Source of the DNA: a virus | Taxonomy: Duplodnaviria; Caudoviricetes | DNA: 64,000 nucleotides | IMG/VR virus record: IMGVR_UViG_3300025372_000014 | Location: 27,234 to 91,233 of that record | Strand: one strand, 5' to 3' | Shown: positions 59,039-64,000 of the stretch, in pieces | Layout: every line of letters begins with the position of its first letter | How positions within the stretch are numbered: position 1 is the first letter of the stretch | Position numbers and translations under genes: made by a program | The notes under the pieces: generated by a model | Databases searched by the model: none | What the model saw: the letters and a program-made list of their open reading frames with translations, nothing else | Told to the model about the DNA's origin: nothing

Positions 59039-59856
59039 TATTTTTTATTTTTATTTTTTATACCACTAACAATTGTAAAAACAGACAATGGTGGAATATC
59101 GTCTACAGACTGCCAAGATTGGGCACCTTCTATATTTTTCTTTATAGCACCATCTTTAATTTGCTGGAAGGTTATCCCGTAATCTTGCATGGTCTTATCT
59201 AGCAGTGAAGAAGGTGTGGAATTGCCACTAATTTCCGAAGAATTATCTATTAGTGAGGATGTATTTTTACCGCCCATTTCATCGCTTCCAACAATATGAA
59301 TTTTTAAGAAACTTCTAACACAACGTACAAACGCTCTATTTTCTGCGATAGCCATTAAAAAATTCTTTGCAAAATTATGGGTATTATCCCAGTGAGCGTC
59401 GGCTAGAGATGAAAAGCTTACAGATTTATTTCCTGTTTCATAGCTAGGCATAAACTCAACCGTACATTTTACAGCCACATAATCTGGCCGTGACTCTATA
59501 ACATCATAAGATACTGATTTAAAACCCCTTATTTGGGCTAACTCTTTAATACCCGCCAATAAAATTAATAGTTTATTATCTGGCAATGTGGTAACATCTA
59601 TCTCTTTTAGGTTAATATTTAAATCTTTAAAAGAGTCCCTATTTGGAACCAGATGCTCTGGTTTTATCATTGCTCGCCAATTAATTGTATTATCATCATT
59701 AAAGATGTAATCAACACCATTCAAGAATCCATTTCTATCCCTAGAAAAACCTATTACCTTATCTAAGTATCTAGATGGATCGGGCGTCTGGCACGACTCA
59801 CTTGCCGTTTCGGGAGTATTTTGATCAGAAATTTCTTGAAGTTTCTTTTTTGACAT
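59038..59856 (-). CDS. single-strand annealing protein (Rad52/RecT superfamily), leaderless
   Basis: LAGIKELA..RG, AIAENRAFVRCVRSFLKI..GSDE; TTGACT-N17-GATGAT-N6-ATG (59891-59856). Confidence 0.65.
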   Translation of the reverse strand: MSKKKLQEISDQNTPETASESCQTPDPSRYLDKVIGFSRDRNGFLNGVDYIFNDDNTINWRAMIKPEHLVPNRDSFKDLNINLKEIDVTTLPDNKLLILLAGIKELAQIRGFKSVSYDVIESRPDYVAVKCTVEFMPSYETGNKSVSFSSLADAHWDNTHNFAKNFLMAIAENRAFVRCVRSFLKIHIVGSDEMGGKNTSSLIDNSSEISGNSTPSSLLDKTMQDYGITFQQIKDGAIKKNIEGAQSWQSVDDIPPLSVFTIVSGIKNKNKK

Positions 59857-59893
59857 AGAGCCATCATCTGATACTTTTAATAAAAAGTCAATA

Positions 59894-61084
59894 CTAATTC
59901 TTATAGAGAATACAGTAATCTAAATCTTCCACAAATTTGGTCTTATCACGTATATCACTTACTTTTACTGGTGACAGTCCATTATTGTTTAAATTGATAT
60001 CTTCTAGACATGCGGCATAGGAATTATATAGTTTATTATTAGATATAATAATTCTATTAGATTTATACAGAACGTCCATATCATTTAATTTATTTGTATC
60101 AAAATCTTTTGGTATTAAATCAAATTCTTCGACTCCACAGTATTCTATCAAATCTGTTTTTCTTGCAAATAAATCTTCTGCGCTGCCCTTTCCAGTATTA
60201 AAACAACATACATATGTTATACCAAGCATTTCTAACTGTTTGATAAAGTCGATATTTAAATTATTAGTTATATCATAAATAACTAAACTAATATTTGGTT
60301 TTAAATTTTGTACAGGAGTTAAGTCTACCGGCTTATCTGTTACTATGCAGCACTGCCTAATACTTATATTTTGATAGATGATATTATAGTCTAAATTATC
60401 TGTATAGTCACATCTAATATTTAAAACAGAACCTTTAAAAAATTCTGGAGCAACAACAGAGTTCGGTATACATTCTATAATTGTCTCTGTAAATCTTTTT
60501 CCAATATAAAAGGTTTCCGTATCTAATTTTTCATGGTTATCGAAAAGTAATTTCAAGCATGAATTGATAATTTCTTCTGGTTTGATTTTATTAATTCTTT
60601 TTGGTGATTCATTTGGGTTAAAGCTAGGTTTTTGATTATCGGGGTATAAACAAATACTTAAGGCTTCTTTATCAAAATATGGCCCAGCTATTTCGGGGAG
60701 GGTTATACTATAAAGGCCTACAGTTTTTACGCCTAGAGCATTTGCCATATGTATAGCAAAGCTATCGTTACCTAGGTGCAATAGCGAGTTACTTAATAAA
60801 TGTGCAGTTTGATGTATATTCGTTGCGCCCTGTAGGTTTTCAACATTTTGAAGTGGCTGATCACCTTTACCGCCTATCTGAACTATACCAATACCATATT
60901 TAGATAAAGTTGGTATTAATATGTCTATGACATGTTGAAAATAGTCATAACACTTTCCCGGCATACCGCTGCTATTTTGAATGGTTATATATTTGGAGTT
61001 CTGTACAGGAAAGAATTTTTTTAAAATAAACGGTTTTCCTATCTTGCTGCCTGTAGATAGTGCGTATGTTTCTAGCAAGTGCAT
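59894..61084 (-). CDS. GT9-family C-terminal Rossmann half plus unknown domain, leaderless
   Basis: starts at linker MHLLETY; VQIGG, LQGATNIHQTAHLL, GNDSFAIHMANALG; TAGACA-N17-TATAAT-N6-ATG (61119-61084). Confidence 0.75.
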   Translation of the reverse strand: MHLLETYALSTGSKIGKPFILKKFFPVQNSKYITIQNSSGMPGKCYDYFQHVIDILIPTLSKYGIGIVQIGGKGDQPLQNVENLQGATNIHQTAHLLSNSLLHLGNDSFAIHMANALGVKTVGLYSITLPEIAGPYFDKEALSICLYPDNQKPSFNPNESPKRINKIKPEEIINSCLKLLFDNHEKLDTETFYIGKRFTETIIECIPNSVVAPEFFKGSVLNIRCDYTDNLDYNIIYQNISIRQCCIVTDKPVDLTPVQNLKPNISLVIYDITNNLNIDFIKQLEMLGITYVCCFNTGKGSAEDLFARKTDLIEYCGVEEFDLIPKDFDTNKLNDMDVLYKSNRIIISNNKLYNSYAACLEDINLNNNGLSPVKVSDIRDKTKFVEDLDYCILYKN

Positions 61085-61099
61085 ATTTTTATTATACCA

Positions 61100-63028
61100 T
61101 TACTTGAGGTTAATGTCTATTTTATCAACTCCATTATGAGTGTAATCAAGCAGCCTTTGTGTGGAAAAATATGGATGATAGACTATATCGCATAGCCCTT
61201 TATTTTCACCCGCGCCCTCCATTTGTAGCGCCGAATCCATTACTGGATGATATGGTATCCATTTATCTATATATGGATTGCCGTCAATGATCTCTCTATA
61301 TTCTGGCTTGGTTGCAAAATAAATATCATAAGTTTCTTTTGGGTATCTATTTCTTAAGCTCTCAAATAGGGCGGTAATTAAAAAGACATCACCTAAACTT
61401 TCTGGTTGAACTAAAAGCACTATTTTTTTATCGTTTTTTTCGAAAAGGTCTTCCAATGAAACGGGTTTCTCTTTTGAGATTTCGTTTTGGGCAACTTGTC
61501 TAAAGTAATTTTCAACCTGTTCTTTTGGGGTTCCGTTAGATAGTTGATGCTCCCAATGCCTGACACCCTCATCTTCATCAGTTACTTCAGAATCTAGTAT
61601 ATTTTTATATAAACACTTTATCCACTCTTTAGTGTCATCGCTTGGTGGTATGACTGCAGATGGATTATGTTTTTTTTGTGTTTGCTTAAATTCGAAAACA
61701 GACTCATCTTCTATGACTGGAAGGCTATCTATAAATTTTTCTATTTTCTCTCCATTTACTTTGATAGAGTAGTTTTCTAGCGCCCATTCTCTTGATAGTT
61801 TTTCCATTTTTTGTCTCTTGTCTGGAGACATGTCGTATACTTTTTTAAATATTTGGGAAATAGAAGAAGCAGATGGCTGGGATTTTAAGAACTGTGTTCC
61901 GTGTTCAGTATAAAATGCAAACTTCATTGGAATACTTCCTTGATTCTTCTCTATGATATCTTCTCCAAACGAATACGCACAAGTCGTCACTATTTTTTCA
62001 GTTAGTGCTGCTTCAACGCATGGTAGTTCGCATGCGCCAGATGTGGCTGGATGAGAATATAAACTAAATATATTATATATTTCATTTAACTGATCATCAC
62101 TTACCCCTAGTCCAACATTTGTAGTTATTAATGTTTTATTTTTAGTGATAGGATTTTCTATATCTTGCCCCCGATATGGTAGTATAAAATATTGTCTTGT
62201 TTCTTTGCAGATATAAGTACATAAAACTTCTTCTTTATTTACGCCATATTGCTCACATAGTCTTTGAATATCCCATCCCTCTCCATAGTGCGTATGTGTA
62301 TATAAAAAAGTATTTTTTATTTCAGGGTTTACTCTTTTAAATTGTGCGTAAGCTTCAATCTGGGTATTGATAAGCTTTCTTAGCTGATTCCTAAAAACAA
62401 AACCGATAATAAAACTATCTTGCGGCAAGTTATGCGTAGCTAGGATTTCATTAATTTTTTGTTGTGGTAGTTTGTAAAAGCTATCTGTATTTACCAACGG
62501 ATACTGATTGCTGGCATTCGTATGTCCTAATTTATGTAACTCTTTCCGTGCGAAATCACTCCATGTCCAATAGTGTTTTATTTTTGGTGCATTTTTTACT
62601 GTATCAGGAAGTAATGGTAGTGAATCAAAAGTATTCCAACAAACTGTGGGAATATGCTCAAAGAAGTTTTTATTTATTACAAACTGTGACCCCCATGTAT
62701 CATTTACAGAGAAAATTACATCTGGTTTAAATTCTTTTACTAGAGATTCTATTTCGGAGTCTCCATATGCAGCCATTCTGCCTAGGTTTGGGTCTTGATT
62801 TATTTGAGCTATTTTATTTGGGTCATCTGGTAAAACACCTAATGTTTTCCAAGGGAAGCGTTTTTCATGTGCGCCTCTTTTTGGCATGCCCTGTGCGGCA
62901 TTGAGTATTTCATACTTACCTGTAGAGTTTAAGTACTTTAAAAGAAGTTTCGTATTTTTACCGAATCCGGTAAAAGCTCCTGCGAAGTCGCTAAGATATA
63001 GGACTCTTTTTTTTCTATTAGTAGACAT
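61100..63028 (-). CDS. GT4-like glycosyltransferase + DUF4214-like domain + GT9 N-terminal half
   Basis: TGFG, RNQLRK, GACELPCVEA; LYKNIL....EGVRHW...L; QPESLGDVF...LRNRYP...GNPYID. Confidence 0.75.
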   Translation of the reverse strand: MSTNRKKRVLYLSDFAGAFTGFGKNTKLLLKYLNSTGKYEILNAAQGMPKRGAHEKRFPWKTLGVLPDDPNKIAQINQDPNLGRMAAYGDSEIESLVKEFKPDVIFSVNDTWGSQFVINKNFFEHIPTVCWNTFDSLPLLPDTVKNAPKIKHYWTWSDFARKELHKLGHTNASNQYPLVNTDSFYKLPQQKINEILATHNLPQDSFIIGFVFRNQLRKLINTQIEAYAQFKRVNPEIKNTFLYTHTHYGEGWDIQRLCEQYGVNKEEVLCTYICKETRQYFILPYRGQDIENPITKNKTLITTNVGLGVSDDQLNEIYNIFSLYSHPATSGACELPCVEAALTEKIVTTCAYSFGEDIIEKNQGSIPMKFAFYTEHGTQFLKSQPSASSISQIFKKVYDMSPDKRQKMEKLSREWALENYSIKVNGEKIEKFIDSLPVIEDESVFEFKQTQKKHNPSAVIPPSDDTKEWIKCLYKNILDSEVTDEDEGVRHWEHQLSNGTPKEQVENYFRQVAQNEISKEKPVSLEDLFEKNDKKIVLLVQPESLGDVFLITALFESLRNRYPKETYDIYFATKPEYREIIDGNPYIDKWIPYHPVMDSALQMEGAGENKGLCDIVYHPYFSTQRLLDYTHNGVDKIDINLK

Positions 63029-63034
63029 ATAAAA

Positions 63035-63478
63035 TTAAGAATAAAGATTTGAAAGTGATAGCTTCAAATATTCTCTCAATTTTATTGATTCGACAAGATT
63101 AAAAGCAATTCCTACACCATCTATTTTTAGTAGATGACCAATAAATGCCCCATCTTTTATATATGGCTCAAAAAATATTGGCGTATTTTTTTCTCCATTT
63201 CTATGTACAGTAGAAAACTTCTTTTCAGAATTTGACTCTATAACATAGATGAAATTACATACCTCTAAATCTGTTAGCTTGATCTTCTTATGTTTGTCTG
63301 GTTGATTTACATTTTCCTTAAATGAGCCAGTTTTACTGGAATCATCCCAAGAGTGCTGCTTTAATAGGTTAACATAAAACCCATTTTTCTTAGGGTCTTC
63401 TAGTGAAGTATTGCACTCAAAGGTTGCACAAGTTCCATTGCCAGATTTTTGTGGCTTGTAGAATTCTATTCTTTTCAT
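63035..63478 (-). CDS. putative ssDNA-binding protein (PC4/Whirly-like)
   Basis: duplicated beta-sheet + helix pattern; aromatic KQHSWD...GSF. Confidence 0.4.
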   Translation of the reverse strand: MKRIEFYKPQKSGNGTCATFECNTSLEDPKKNGFYVNLLKQHSWDDSSKTGSFKENVNQPDKHKKIKLTDLEVCNFIYVIESNSEKKFSTVHRNGEKNTPIFFEPYIKDGAFIGHLLKIDGVGIAFNLVESIKLREYLKLSLSNLYS

Positions 63479-63496
63479 TTACTATAATCAGTCAAA

Positions 63497-63892
63497 TTAA
63501 TGGACTTTTAAAAAAAAGTTTAATAAAGAATCTATACCCCTAATTAGCACGAAAAGAATACCGGTATAAAAAATATTTCCCAAAATTAGGCATGATATAA
63601 TAGATACCCAAGTTGTTAAACATAGTGGGCAAGATATTAATTTTAAAATAAACACCTCAAGAAAATTGCTAGAAAAGCTTCTTTTTGAGAAAAAATATTC
63701 AATATAAGAATTGTATATAAAATCTTGAGGGGGCCTAATAAAATACTCATCGACCATCATATATAGAAAAATTTTTTTTGGTATAAGTTTTCTTACTGCC
63801 TTGGCGTAAAAGGCAAAAAAGTCAGTTTTAAACCAGATATGGTTAAACAGCGATACCATACATGCCACCTGTAATAAAATTAATATTGACAT
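63497..63892 (-). CDS. membrane protein, DUF1360-like
   Basis: LISCPLCLTTWVS motif between TM segments. Confidence 0.55.
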   Translation of the reverse strand: MSILILLQVACMVSLFNHIWFKTDFFAFYAKAVRKLIPKKIFLYMMVDEYFIRPPQDFIYNSYIEYFFSKRSFSSNFLEVFILKLISCPLCLTTWVSIISCLILGNIFYTGILFVLIRGIDSLLNFFLKVH

Positions 63893-64000
63893 ACGATAAA
63901 AAATACGATCATAATTGCTACAAGCAGCTTCGCTTTTTTATTTATCCTCGCTTTGCTCGGCTAAATATTTATTCGCTTTGCTCATAAATTATATTTATAT

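Noticed and set aside
1-64000. Stop-codon reassignment, inteins or introns in terL, portal or MCP; tRNA genes; integrase
   Set aside because: Long genes are intact in code 11, all three stop codons end genes, and no splice motifs, cloverleaves or integrase motifs were seen

Overview
This window is a 64-kb segment of a large, AT-rich, lytic tailed phage, probably a siphovirus: it has a tail tube and a 2060-aa tape measure but no sheath. A u-spanin-like lipoprotein implies a Gram-negative host. Canonical sigma70 promoters, leaderless genes and almost no Shine-Dalgarno sites argue against Bacteroidota; PVC-group (e.g. Verrucomicrobiota) is a guess. Layout: (1) 1-1222, a leftward cassette of micro-ORFs missed by the ORF track, most with their own sigma70 promoter; (2) 1230-2100, a non-coding switch region containing a ~220-nt structured RNA; (3) 2600-7300, accessory genes (LRR protein, Hsp20, LpxH-like phosphoesterase, PhoH, HExxH protein); (4) 7273-58833, a phage sigma factor, ERCC4 nuclease, terminase, portal, fibre-like proteins, lysis cassette, head, neck, tail and adhesin genes; (5) 58805-63892, leftward SSAP, glycosyltransferases and an SSB-like gene. 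Most notable: a late-promoter-driven ncRNA closed by a 5'/3' helix with two complementary hairpin loops, resembling phi29 pRNA architecture; a tape measure protein with a nuclease-like cargo bracketed by four GY(I/V)P(N/D)FA motifs; a candidate virion glycosylation system (Ser/Thr-Gly-enriched surface proteins plus three GT genes, including a GT9 split over two genes); a readable late promoter (RTGTAA, start 9 nt downstream) that predicts a nested scaffold gene; and a CTC-to-CTA Leu codon switch from early to capsid genes. All functional calls come from motif reading by eye; no searches or folding were run.
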